The notes below the pieces were generated by a model. That model worked only from the letters and a program-made list of their open reading frames with translations, had not been told where the DNA came from and made no database searches. A stretch of 64,000 nt of DNA, taken from Candidatus Nanohaloarchaea archaeon (GTDB lineage Archaea; Nanohalarchaeota; Nanosalinia; Nanosalinales; Nanosalinaceae). The stretch spans positions 832,001-896,000 of the forward strand of contig CP046106.1 in NCBI GenBank assembly GCA_013343275.1, in the 5' to 3' direction. Both the position numbers and the translations under genes were made by a program. This document shows positions 1-9,710 of the stretch, piece by piece. Position 1 is the first letter of the stretch. The number at the start of each line of letters is the position of its first letter.

Positions 1-19
1 GAAAGCTTTATATTTTCAC

Positions 20-625
20 CTACTCTGAGGGGTCGTACATGTCAGGGTTCTCGTTGTAGAACTCTACAATCTCTCCCCAGTTGCTTTCGGCCCAGCTATC
101 GCCTGTCGGAGCGTCTCCGTAACTAGCCTCGGAAGTTGTTAGATCTCCTTTTGCCTGACTGTTCACGTAATCTTCATCGGAAAGGTAGTCCCAGGTATCT
201 GTCCTCTGTTCTGGAGTCAGTTCCTTTTCTATCTGCTCCTCAAATGTTAGAGAGTCGGAGCCGGACTGCCCTGATCCGTTGTTTCTGCCATTATCTCCTC
301 CATTGCTGGCGCCATTGTTTCCCTGGTCTTGCTGGTAGTCGCCTCCTCCATCATTGCCTGAAGGCTGACTATTTTGGTCAGAAGGACGATCACTCCCGAT
401 GTATACATTTGGAGTGTTCTCGTTCCAGAAATCCTCGACGTAACTGTCTACTAGAGCTCCCCCGGTCGCTGTAGCTCCTGCTGCAGCACCTAACTTCAAA
501 GCATCTCTCCGCCCTTCGAATGTGACGTTTTCGTCATTGTCAAAAATAGCCATGCTACCTAGGTTGGTAGCGGTGTCTACAAAATCGTTGTAAAGTTCTT
601 TCGCTCCGCCAACTATATCTACCAT
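20..625 (-). CDS. hypothetical acidic protein with twin-arginine (Tat)-like signal
   Basis: GRRDALKLG followed by a hydrophobic A/G stretch; G/N/Q/S-rich linker; start may be the second Met. Confidence 0.6.
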   Translation of the reverse strand: MVDIVGGAKELYNDFVDTATNLGSMAIFDNDENVTFEGRRDALKLGAAAGATATGGALVDSYVEDFWNENTPNVYIGSDRPSDQNSQPSGNDGGGDYQQDQGNNGASNGGDNGRNNGSGQSGSDSLTFEEQIEKELTPEQRTDTWDYLSDEDYVNSQAKGDLTTSEASYGDAPTGDSWAESNWGEIVEFYNENPDMYDPSE

Positions 626-665
626 ATTTTTAGTTCACCTATGCTCAAAAATCCTCAACCAAAAC

Positions 666-1694
666 TTAAGTATCTTTTGTTACCTGGAAGTCAATACATA
701 CTCTGGTGGAGCTTGGACCTCTCTCGCCACACTCCACTACATCAATGATCTCGTAGTCAAGGCTCCTTCTAGATGTCTCCGCTTCGATCTCTTCTTCCAG
801 TTCTTCCTGATTTCCTTCCTCACGGAAACGGTAATAGTGTATAACGCCGTTATTGGAGGTGTGGTCAACTGCGAGGCCCAGGAACTGGTCAGCTGACTCT
901 GGCAGAGGCATGATTATCCGGTCGAACTCTCCAAGCTCGGGTACTACTTCTTTCACATCTCCCTCGATACCTTCCACTTTGTCGGCTTTATTTAACTCTA
1001 TATTCTTCTTCAGATACTCTGCACCTGCTGGGTTTTTCTCCACTGCTATGACTTTCTCTGCTTTCTCCGAGCAGAGTATGGCGAAAGGGCCTACTCCGGC
1101 GAACATGACAAGAACTTTCTCTCCTTCCTCTACCTGGTCGGCTACTCTCTTTCTCTCTGTTCCGAATCTTTCCGAGAAGTAGACTTCTGTAGGATCGACC
1201 TTGAATCTATAACCAAACTCCTTATGGATGGTCTCTGTCTCGGTGCCGTAGAGCTTCTCGTAATCGCCTACACGGAACTCTCCGGAAAGGCCTTCTTTTT
1301 TCAGTAGTATTGCCTTCACGTTCTGGTGTTGCAGAATCCCTTCTACTGCTTCCTCTCTGTCGACACTGGCCAGATCGTTGATAACTGCTATATCACCGAT
1401 CACTTCATAGGAAGGGGTTTCGTAATCTGGCTCGTCTCCGCTTTCCTCGTGCAGAATGGATACATCGTTATCAACAGAACTTTCAATCTCTTCAAGGCCT
1501 TCGTCTACAAAAACTTTTTCTCCGCTCTCTACAGAGGCCTTGACTTCTTCTGTTGAGTATTTGTCGGAGGAGAAGGCCTTCAGTACTATTTTCTGTCCGT
1601 TGGATGCTGTCAGCCTGTTGCCTTCCTTCTTGACTTTGAAGCCCTGTCTCTCGAAAAGTTCTCTGACCTTGGCTTCGAGTTTTTCCTGGTTCAT
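666..1694 (-). CDS. trm5: tRNA (guanine37-N1) methyltransferase, Trm5/TYW2 family
   Basis: SYEVIGDIAV, VYFSERF, MFAGVGPFA SAM motif, EKNP, DRIIMPLP. Confidence 0.85.
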   Translation of the reverse strand: MNQEKLEAKVRELFERQGFKVKKEGNRLTASNGQKIVLKAFSSDKYSTEEVKASVESGEKVFVDEGLEEIESSVDNDVSILHEESGDEPDYETPSYEVIGDIAVINDLASVDREEAVEGILQHQNVKAILLKKEGLSGEFRVGDYEKLYGTETETIHKEFGYRFKVDPTEVYFSERFGTERKRVADQVEEGEKVLVMFAGVGPFAILCSEKAEKVIAVEKNPAGAEYLKKNIELNKADKVEGIEGDVKEVVPELGEFDRIIMPLPESADQFLGLAVDHTSNNGVIHYYRFREEGNQEELEEEIEAETSRRSLDYEIIDVVECGERGPSSTRVCIDFQVTKDT

Positions 1695-1733
1695 CCTGCT
1701 GATAAAAAACTTTCAGTCCACTATTTTAACCAT

Positions 1734-2444
1734 ATGCTCTACCTGATCGGACTAGGACTTGACGACGGAGAAATAACGCAGAAAGGGATCGAGGCCCTGA
1801 AGAATGTAGATAAGGCCTACGCAGAGTTCTACACAAATACGGAGACTGTGGATCTGGAAGCACTGGAGGAACAGACAGGTACCGATATCGAGAAGCTTTC
1901 ACGTGAACAGGTAGAGCAGGAAGACATGATAACTGAATCAGCCCATGAAGAAGACACAGCCTTTCTGGTCTCAGGAAACGCTCTTACAGCAACGACACAT
2001 TACGAGATAAAGCATAGAGCGGAGAAAGAAGGCCTTGACGTAGAAGTTATACATGCGCCTTCAATCTTCACATCTATCTCGGAGACAGGACTTAACGTCT
2101 ACAATTTCGGCCGTACAGTAACGCTACCGCAGGATTTTGCACCGGAATCGATAGTTGAGCATATCGAAAAAAATGATTCAATCGGCCTACACACGCTTGT
2201 ACTTCTGGATATAAACTACGATGCTGCGGACGCCGCAGAAAAACTGATCGATCTTGATGAGGATCTAGAGGATAGAGAGGCCATGGTTCTCGAACGAGCC
2301 AATAACGAAGACCAGAATATTTCTCTTGCATCCCTCGGAGAACTATCCGAACATGATTTCGGAAGGCCTCCTCACTGTATAATTCTGGTAGGGGAGACCT
2401 CGCATATGGAAGAAGAATTTATAGAGGAATACAGTTTAGAATGA
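1734..2444 (+). CDS. dph5: diphthine synthase
   Basis: MLYLIGLGL, YAEFYT, ATTH, YNFGRTVTLP, GLHTLVLLDI, PPHCII. Confidence 0.93.
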   Translation: MLYLIGLGLDDGEITQKGIEALKNVDKAYAEFYTNTETVDLEALEEQTGTDIEKLSREQVEQEDMITESAHEEDTAFLVSGNALTATTHYEIKHRAEKEGLDVEVIHAPSIFTSISETGLNVYNFGRTVTLPQDFAPESIVEHIEKNDSIGLHTLVLLDINYDAADAAEKLIDLDEDLEDREAMVLERANNEDQNISLASLGELSEHDFGRPPHCIILVGETSHMEEEFIEEYSLE

Positions 2445-3269
2445 GGCCTCGAAGTACTGTGTTTCCCCGCCAGCAGACTGCTCCATAGTTATACTGCCTG
2501 ACGGTTCAAAACCTGATCCTGAGAAACTGAAGCTCTGAGTAACTGTTTCAGTACCCTGTTCGGCCTCGTAATCGAAGCTTGCGTCAGGATTCCAGCTATC
2601 GCTCATATCTACGCTTCCATCAGGCCCTGAATTATCTGGTTCATCGTATCCTGAATCTTCAGGCTCTGTGTAGTCCTCCTCTTCGGTTTCATCTGTATTT
2701 TCTTCTGTTCCATCTTCATTGAGTAGGTTTTCGTCTTCTGAGGTTCCGAAGAACTCGCTCTGCCAGCCCTGAGATTGATCCTGTTGCTGGCTCTGTCCAT
2801 AGTTATTATTGGTATTCTGGCCCTGGTTCTGATAGGAGGTATTCCAGAAACTGTTGTTCCAGCCTGTACCCCATCCAAAACCTTGTTGCTGCCCCGTAGG
2901 GCCTTGCTGCTGGTACATCCCCCAGCCTGACTGAGTCTGCCACGCTCCAGTATTCCAGGCTGGCTGGCCCCAGGAATTATTCTGTTCGTAGTTATTTTCG
3001 AGTATGTCTTCCAGGCGGCCGTTCTGTCTTTCCTGTCTTGACTGCATATCTTCTGCGAAAGCACCTACTCTTCTGTAATCTGTCTCCATCTGTTCAAGAA
3101 CTTCGTATAGCAGCTCTCTAGGCGCCTCTATTTCACTTTCTAGGTCGTCTATCAGTCCTTCCTCTCTGTCTATAGAGTCTCCTAACTCTCCCAGACTGTC
3201 AAACATATCATTGTTCGCTCTGCTAGCGCGTCGTGCCTGGTCCGAAAGATCGGAAGGATCTACACTCAT
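2436..3269 (-). CDS. hypothetical protein: helical N-domain, Q/N/G/W low-complexity region, acidic tail
   Basis: 277-aa acidic ORF; N-domain paralogous to the C-half of the upstream ORF. Confidence 0.75.
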   Translation of the reverse strand: MSVDPSDLSDQARRASRANNDMFDSLGELGDSIDREEGLIDDLESEIEAPRELLYEVLEQMETDYRRVGAFAEDMQSRQERQNGRLEDILENNYEQNNSWGQPAWNTGAWQTQSGWGMYQQQGPTGQQQGFGWGTGWNNSFWNTSYQNQGQNTNNNYGQSQQQDQSQGWQSEFFGTSEDENLLNEDGTEENTDETEEEDYTEPEDSGYDEPDNSGPDGSVDMSDSWNPDASFDYEAEQGTETVTQSFSFSGSGFEPSGSITMEQSAGGETQYFEASF

Positions 3270-3314
3270 GTTGTTACCTTATAGTAAAAAGAAATAAATA
3301 TGTGGAGGGTTATG

Positions 3315-4064
3315 TTATAGGTCGAGGTCGTATTCGTCTTCGAAGTCCTGACCTCTGCGCTCCATTGTTCCTAGTTCTCTTCTGACCTGGTCGTAATCTC
3401 CTTCATCTCTGAATTCTCTTGCGTCTTCAACTAGGTCTGTGAGACTGTCGTAATGTTCGTCGACAGTTGGCTGAAGCACCTGGTCTACGAATGCTGAAAC
3501 ACGATCGTAGTTGTCTTCTTGGACTTCTAGGGATTCGCTGATTACTTCGTTCTCAAGGTAACGGATTACGTCCTTTGTATCCTCAACGGTTACCTCAACT
3601 TCGTCTTCTCCATCTCCTAGTCGGTCTTCAAGATAGTTCTGGAAATCCTCTAGGTTGTCGAACATGTCGAACTCACTACCTCTTGCATCTCTGGTCTGTC
3701 GTCCAAGATCGTCAGGGTCGTTTGGTTCTCTTGCCATAATATTGTCACCTCCGTTATCTGGGTTTGGTTCAGGTTTTGAATCTGAAAGATCAGAGTTCTG
3801 GCCTTCGCTCGAAGGCTCAGAGTATGTTTCTGGATCGAGAAGCTCTCTTGCTTCATCTGAATGAGGTACTACTCTGTACTTCTCTCCACCATCTTCTCTC
3901 GTTACTCTCTCTACATCTACGTCGTCTCTCTGCCGATACTCGTTGAAATCGAACTCGTCACCGAGATCGGAGAGATTCACTGTTTCTATATCTTCTTCCA
4001 GGAGCTTGTCGACAGTCAACTTTACGCCGTCAAGCGGACCTGGAAATGGGTCAAATGCAGCCAT
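3315..4064 (-). CDS. hypothetical protein with probable second in-frame start at 3737
   Basis: GAGGT before ATG 4064; perfect GGAGGTGA before in-frame ATG 3737. Confidence 0.7.
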   Translation of the reverse strand: MAAFDPFPGPLDGVKLTVDKLLEEDIETVNLSDLGDEFDFNEYRQRDDVDVERVTREDGGEKYRVVPHSDEARELLDPETYSEPSSEGQNSDLSDSKPEPNPDNGGDNIMAREPNDPDDLGRQTRDARGSEFDMFDNLEDFQNYLEDRLGDGEDEVEVTVEDTKDVIRYLENEVISESLEVQEDNYDRVSAFVDQVLQPTVDEHYDSLTDLVEDAREFRDEGDYDQVRRELGTMERRGQDFEDEYDLDL

Positions 4065-4136
4065 GAAAATAACCTCTTGTTACCAGATAATAGTAAAAGG
4101 AGGTATTCTTTTATATCTAACATTCTCCAGAGAAGT

Positions 4137-4376
4137 ATGGCCGAAATGGACGAAACCCAGGAGAAGCTCAGACAGGAAACCGAGAAATGGCTGGAGAAGC
4201 TGGAAGACAGAGTCGAGGAAAGAGATTCTTCAGTCGAGCAGATGGAAAATGTGGAGGCCTACAGGGATGATACACGACACTTCCTGGAGGAAGATGACTA
4301 CATCAGGGCCTGGGAATCTGTTATCTATGCCTGGGGTATTCTGGAAACACTGGAACGTCTCGGAAAATTTGATTAA
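4137..4376 (+). CDS. DUF357-family protein
   Basis: AYRDDTRHFLEEDDYIRAWESVIYAWGILET pattern; start set at ATG 4137. Confidence 0.75.
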   Translation: MAEMDETQEKLRQETEKWLEKLEDRVEERDSSVEQMENVEAYRDDTRHFLEEDDYIRAWESVIYAWGILETLERLGKFD

Positions 4377-4408
4377 CTGATTTAAACAAGTAGACAGCAA
4401 CTTGCTGT

Positions 4409-4723
4409 ATGAACATCAAAGACCCGTGGAAATACATCGCCTTCCCGGCCTCAGCAATATCATCTTTCTTCGCAGTAGATATACTGCTCGACGACTTCAC
4501 AAAGATCACGGGTCTAAGCCAGCTCAACGGCCAGATGGCGCTTCTTGCAGCTACAGGCCTCCTGATAGGTTTCCTTGTTGACGAAATGGTGCCGGCATAC
4601 ATCGAGAAAGTGAGAGAAGGATCCAGTTCCTCCGGTGGTGGAGGCGGCGACTTTGGCGGCGGTGATGGCGGTGACACTGACTTCGGCGGAGACGGCGGCG
4701 GTGGTGACGATTTCGACTTCTAG
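4409..4723 (+). CDS. small 2-TM membrane protein with Gly/Asp-rich tail
   Basis: two hydrophobic segments, GGDFGG tail. Confidence 0.7.
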   Translation: MNIKDPWKYIAFPASAISSFFAVDILLDDFTKITGLSQLNGQMALLAATGLLIGFLVDEMVPAYIEKVREGSSSSGGGGGDFGGGDGGDTDFGGDGGGGDDFDF

Positions 4724-5123
4724 AAAAATTCTATCACTGGTTTTTCTACTCGCTTTCTGCACCGGTGCTGTAGCCGGACAGGCCTACAATCTTCAGGACT
4801 ACCAGGGCGCCGACTACTTTTCAGCCCCGGAATATGATTCTCAGAGAGAGCTTGTTCTCAAGCTTATCTTTCCGTTCGTTCTCCTCTACGCAATGATGCA
4901 GTTCACACTGTACAACCTGATGAAGTTCACCATAAACTCGAACGACGACATGAAGGACTCGGAGATAGGGAGGTACTCGACACTACTGGCCGCTGCCATC
5001 CCTGCAATGCTGATAGTCACACCTATGTGGGAGAAGATAAACCTGGCCGTAGAAGCAATGGGGCCTGTACTGCTGGTAGCATTCGCATGCCTATTCATCT
5101 ACGTCATCTACAGAATGACGTAA
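4701..5123 (+). CDS. membrane protein (cluster paralog with IFPF TM motif)
   Basis: signal-like segment plus 3 TMs; start uncertain (GTG 4701/4704; track ORF begins 4635). Confidence 0.65.
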   Translation: MVTISTSRKILSLVFLLAFCTGAVAGQAYNLQDYQGADYFSAPEYDSQRELVLKLIFPFVLLYAMMQFTLYNLMKFTINSNDDMKDSEIGRYSTLLAAAIPAMLIVTPMWEKINLAVEAMGPVLLVAFACLFIYVIYRMT

Positions 5124-5166
5124 AACAGGCCTTAATGTATTAAAGAAGCTCAACTCAAATAACCCT

Positions 5167-7566
5167 ATGCGAAAAACCTATGCGGCAGCATTTCTGCTTG
5201 TCCTGATCGCAGCAATATCCGCGCCCGTCGCCGCACAGGGAATAACAGGGCCAACACAGTCATTCTACAACGCAGACCCGATAGGGTTCGTAGACTCGCT
5301 TACAGTCACCGATATCAACAACGGCCAGGACTTCCTTGTATTCGTAATACTACCGCTTATAGGAGTATACGGCCTGATGTGGTTCCTGTTCTCCAAAGTA
5401 CTGCAGGTAGCAGAAAACAACTTTGCCGACAACTCCAGCCCTACGGACGATGATCTATCAGAAATGGGGCAGAAAGCAGCAGTACTGATGGCCGCAGCAG
5501 TCGCCGTAGTAACAGTCATGCGGTTCGGCAACTTCTCACCTATAATGACACTCATACTATTCCTCCTCGCACTATACATGCTATACAAAAACGGCCTCGG
5601 CTTCATCGGAGCAGGAGGCGGCGGAGGACAAGGCCCACCGGGACCACAAGGTCCACAAGGAGATCAAGGACCGCAAGGCCCTCCTGGAGATTCACCTGAC
5701 CTGCCTGATGATCTAGTAACGGAAGATGATATACCGGACGATATTGGCGGTGGTGATGGCGGTGACGGAGGTGATGGTGGTTCTCCGGGCGGAGGCGGCA
5801 GCCCATATCAGAACATGGATCTGGATCTCTCTAACCTCGTGGATATCGATAATGATTCTGCGCAGGAGATGGCTGCTATGATGCGTCAGGCTCAGCAGCA
5901 GATGCAGCAACAGCAGCAGATGCAGATGACCCCGGGTGTGATGCAGATGATGGCTTTGTTCCAGGGCCGTATGGCTCCAGGTAATGGCGGTGTAGTTATT
6001 CAGCCTCCTAACGGGCCTAATGTAACTGTTCAGCAGCAGCAGATTAATCAGCTGATGCAGATGATGATGCAGGTTATGTCGGAGGGTGATGAGGACTTTG
6101 ATATGAATGTAGCGATGCAGATGATGCAGGTTGTCGTCAAGAATGGTGGTGACTTGGATGGAGATCTTATTCAGGTTCTGGAGCAGTACTTCCAGAAGGT
6201 TGAGAATAATCCAAAGATTGTACAGATCAACAACATGGAGATAGAGAAGGTTGTTAACCAGCAGTACTACGATATCAGTCAGGTGATGGTTCAGCAGTTC
6301 CAGCAGTTCTTCAGCCAGAAAAACGTTGACATCGATGTTCTAGCCTACCACCAGTTCATCAACTTGCTGGAGTTAAACGTTACCGCAAACAGCGGAGATA
6401 CAGTAATTATACATGCTGATGAAGGCGACGTGGAGATCGATGCCTCGGTCATAGTCCAGTTCATTTCAGTCGTAGAAAACTATCCCTCATCCCAGATAGG
6501 AGTCCTTATAGAGAAACTTGTCAATGTGTTTGCCGACATTGACGGCCCGCTAACACAGGAGATCCTGGTCAACATCACGAATATAATGATAAATATAGAG
6601 GAGGGCGGAGATCCGAGTGAGGTAGGGCCTGACGGTGCAGAAATAAAGATTGAGGAGCTTGAGCTAGTGACTGTTGACGGCCATCAACCGTTCCCAAGAG
6701 TAAAGAAGAATGGAGGCTATGTCCATGTGGTTCCTGCTGGAGCATCTACCGATCAGATAGGTATACATGCAATGGTCAGCTGCAACCGGAACGATGGCCT
6801 ACAGCAGATAACGTTCAACTTTGATGATAACCAGAGAGATCTAGGCCTTAACTCCAGCAGTTTCGGCCACGACGAAAGCGATGTAGTTCCTCTAAGTGAT
6901 ATAGCCGGAAGCCACCAGTTCCAGGAAGGCCAGATGCATAACTTCGGCATCAACGTAGTAGGCCAGATGGGCAACAACGAGAACACTGTCGCACAGCTAG
7001 AGGTATGGGCACCAGTAGATACACCGGAAGAAACTCCTGAAATCCCGGCTCTTGAGCCAGGCCCTGATGCGCCGCCTCTGCCTGAAGGAGAGGGTGTTTC
7101 TAAGCTGCCTGAGGATATAGAAAAAATAATAGATGATCTTGAAGGAGAGATAGATATTGAGAAGGATGTTGTGCAGGAGAAAAAGGACGCAGAGAACAAG
7201 CTAGCTGATGCATTGAGAGAGCTACTTGATAATCAGGATATTCTACATGCCCTAGTTTACTTCAGACAGGTTGATTTCGATGCTCCTCACGCCGACGTCC
7301 ATCAGCAGGTTGAGAAAATAATCTCTAATCTGGATGGTATAGATGAGGCCTCTCAGCTTCATTCCGAAATGAGGAATATTCAGCAGGTTTTCGGGAAAGT
7401 TGAGAATGCTTTAGATGAGCTACAAGATGCTTACGATAAGATGTCGGGCAGTGCAGGAGTACAGGCGCAGGATCAGGCAGATCTGGAAGAGATTTCAAAG
7501 TTAGTAGATAAACTGTCGGAAGGAAGAGAAGTACGTGAATATCTAAGTAAGCATTACAACGTGTAG
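5167..7566 (+). CDS. large multidomain membrane protein (collagen-like, Q/M-rich, C-terminal helical domain)
   Basis: signal peptide, 3 TMs, GPPGPQGPQGDQGPQGPPG, C-terminus homologous to the next ORF. Confidence 0.8.
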   Translation: MRKTYAAAFLLVLIAAISAPVAAQGITGPTQSFYNADPIGFVDSLTVTDINNGQDFLVFVILPLIGVYGLMWFLFSKVLQVAENNFADNSSPTDDDLSEMGQKAAVLMAAAVAVVTVMRFGNFSPIMTLILFLLALYMLYKNGLGFIGAGGGGGQGPPGPQGPQGDQGPQGPPGDSPDLPDDLVTEDDIPDDIGGGDGGDGGDGGSPGGGGSPYQNMDLDLSNLVDIDNDSAQEMAAMMRQAQQQMQQQQQMQMTPGVMQMMALFQGRMAPGNGGVVIQPPNGPNVTVQQQQINQLMQMMMQVMSEGDEDFDMNVAMQMMQVVVKNGGDLDGDLIQVLEQYFQKVENNPKIVQINNMEIEKVVNQQYYDISQVMVQQFQQFFSQKNVDIDVLAYHQFINLLELNVTANSGDTVIIHADEGDVEIDASVIVQFISVVENYPSSQIGVLIEKLVNVFADIDGPLTQEILVNITNIMINIEEGGDPSEVGPDGAEIKIEELELVTVDGHQPFPRVKKNGGYVHVVPAGASTDQIGIHAMVSCNRNDGLQQITFNFDDNQRDLGLNSSSFGHDESDVVPLSDIAGSHQFQEGQMHNFGINVVGQMGNNENTVAQLEVWAPVDTPEETPEIPALEPGPDAPPLPEGEGVSKLPEDIEKIIDDLEGEIDIEKDVVQEKKDAENKLADALRELLDNQDILHALVYFRQVDFDAPHADVHQQVEKIISNLDGIDEASQLHSEMRNIQQVFGKVENALDELQDAYDKMSGSAGVQAQDQADLEEISKLVDKLSEGREVREYLSKHYNV

Positions 7567-7620
7567 AAGCAGCCGGTTCAGGAATAACTAATAAAAACCT
7601 CTTTCTGTAGTAATTTACAC

Positions 7621-8142
7621 ATGGCAACAAACGTTGATGTCAATATCGACAACTTCATGAGCGATCTAAAGGATATTCTAAATGATCTAGAAAAAGAGGA
7701 GCAAATTGAGCAGCAGATAATTGAAGAGCAGAAAGATGCAGAAGAGAAGCTTGCTGAAGCTCTAAGAGATCTAACTGGGAGAGATGAGAAAGGTCAGTGG
7801 TCAGAAGGAGCCCAAGGTGCACTTCAGGCATTAATCCAGTTTAGAGATGTGAACTTTGATGCGCCTCATGCAGAAGTCCACCAGCAGGTAGAGCAGATCA
7901 TCAAGAACTCTAAAGGCATTAATGATGCTGCAAAGCTCCAGAGCCACTTGCAGGACTTCCATCATGGAATTGGAAATATTGAGAGAGCTCTAGAAGAGCT
8001 GCAGGATGTCTATCAGAGGACTTCTGAAGATGCTGAACATCAGAAAGCTGATGTTAAGGAGCTCAGAGAAATCCAGCAGGTTGTTGGCAAGCTTCAGCAG
8101 GGGGCACAGAGATACTCCAAGTGGGCACAGGGAGAACGATAG
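7621..8142 (+). CDS. soluble helical protein, free-standing copy of the C-terminal domain of 5167..7566
   Basis: FDAPHAEVHQQVE vs FDAPHADVHQQVE, KDAEEKLAEALR vs KDAENKLADALR. Confidence 0.8.
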   Translation: MATNVDVNIDNFMSDLKDILNDLEKEEQIEQQIIEEQKDAEEKLAEALRDLTGRDEKGQWSEGAQGALQALIQFRDVNFDAPHAEVHQQVEQIIKNSKGINDAAKLQSHLQDFHHGIGNIERALEELQDVYQRTSEDAEHQKADVKELREIQQVVGKLQQGAQRYSKWAQGER

Positions 8143-8193
8143 TTTCTCTCCTACCCCCTTAACTTCTTAATATTCTAAACTTAGTTGCTTATT

Positions 8194-9651
8194 ATGCCAA
8201 GCAAGAAAAGTATCTTGTTTTCGACAGTATTTCTTTCCCTAATACCTTTATCAGCTGCTCAATCGGGCAACCAGTTCTTCACACTTTTCAGTGGTTATGT
8301 CGGTATGCCTGTAACTAATGGCCAGCAGTTCATAATGTATGTTCTTGCGCCCTTCCTGTTTGTATTTGCTATCTCCCGATTTATAGCAAAAGGCGCCTTA
8401 ATGAATGCAATGGAAAGCTCCGGGCTTGGCGGAGAAGTAGGTAAGCGAGCACCTACATTGATCGGCGTTGCGACAGCAGGCATAATGATGATACTGTTTG
8501 GCGGCGTACTGCTATGGCTGATTGTAATATTTGCAATTCTCGGAGCAGGATGGTTCCTACTCGGAAGTACAAAATATGCTGCAGATAGCACAGGTGTGAC
8601 TGGAGGCCTCAAGAAAGGAGCATCCGCGGTCAGCGATAGAATGGGCTCAGGGTCTTCTAGCAGCGGAGATTCTAGTGGTGTAACAGCTGAGAAGGTAAGT
8701 GATATGCTAGATGATAGAATAGATCAGCTGAAGAGTGAGTTATCGTCTATTGATGATGAGGAGCAGGATGAGAAACAGAAGGAAGATCAGACAGAGCAGG
8801 AGGAAGAAGAAGGTCAGAATCCTGATCAGGTAGAGGACGAAATAGAATCTGAAGAGGCCGAGTTGATGGATATAGTTAAGAAACTGGAGACGGTTGAAGA
8901 ACAGTTGAACGGTCTCGAGAGCGATATAGACTCCATAGAAGAACTGGAGCTTGATGAAGTCCAGAGGGATATGAGTAAGCTAAATGATGTGGAGAGTGTT
9001 GAGCAACAGGTAAATGAAGATCTACAGGACATGATTCAGAGAGCAAAGGCTGGTAGAGTAGATGAAGAAGTTCTGGAAGAGTTCGCATCTAATATGGCTG
9101 AGTGGGAGGATTATCTGCGAGAGCTGAGGCATGATATGGCGCATGAACATAATATCCATCAATCTGTCGATAAAATTCTAGAGGACCTGCGCGAGATGAG
9201 AGATGTTCTTGACTTTGCTGAAAGCGATATCCACAAGGCGGAAACGCTCGTCAATGAACTTGAAGATGAGGAGCAGAAGGCTGAAGCTCTGTCTCAGAAA
9301 TATGGCGCTCGTGAAATCTTTGAAGAAATTGAGCAGGATGAGTCTGAGACTTCAGACATAGAGTCGGAAATAAGAAATAAAGTAGTAGAAAGATACCAGG
9401 AACTTCAGCAAGGGATTGAAGATGAGATAGAAAGAGCTGAGGAATTGAAGGAGTATGATGAGCAGGAGTTCGATGAGATTCTGGATATAGTTCAGGGATT
9501 GGATCAAGAAGAAGGTGCTCTAAGCAATTTAAGGAATAGGTTTAGTAATGGCCCTCACGAAGAGTATGAACAGGAGCTGGAAGATATTATTGAGCATATA
9601 GAGGAGATAGAAAGTATGGCCCGGCAGTTAAGCTCGGAGCATCAGGCCTAG
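8194..9651 (+). CDS. membrane-anchored long coiled-coil protein
   Basis: signal peptide, 3 TMs (LAPF motif), about 300 aa acidic heptad region. Confidence 0.8.
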   Translation: MPSKKSILFSTVFLSLIPLSAAQSGNQFFTLFSGYVGMPVTNGQQFIMYVLAPFLFVFAISRFIAKGALMNAMESSGLGGEVGKRAPTLIGVATAGIMMILFGGVLLWLIVIFAILGAGWFLLGSTKYAADSTGVTGGLKKGASAVSDRMGSGSSSSGDSSGVTAEKVSDMLDDRIDQLKSELSSIDDEEQDEKQKEDQTEQEEEEGQNPDQVEDEIESEEAELMDIVKKLETVEEQLNGLESDIDSIEELELDEVQRDMSKLNDVESVEQQVNEDLQDMIQRAKAGRVDEEVLEEFASNMAEWEDYLRELRHDMAHEHNIHQSVDKILEDLREMRDVLDFAESDIHKAETLVNELEDEEQKAEALSQKYGAREIFEEIEQDESETSDIESEIRNKVVERYQELQQGIEDEIERAEELKEYDEQEFDEILDIVQGLDQEEGALSNLRNRFSNGPHEEYEQELEDIIEHIEEIESMARQLSSEHQA

Positions 9652-9710
9652 AGTAGGTTTAGATATTTAAGTAAGGCTTAATAACACAATGCTAAGAGGT
9701 TTCAAAATAC

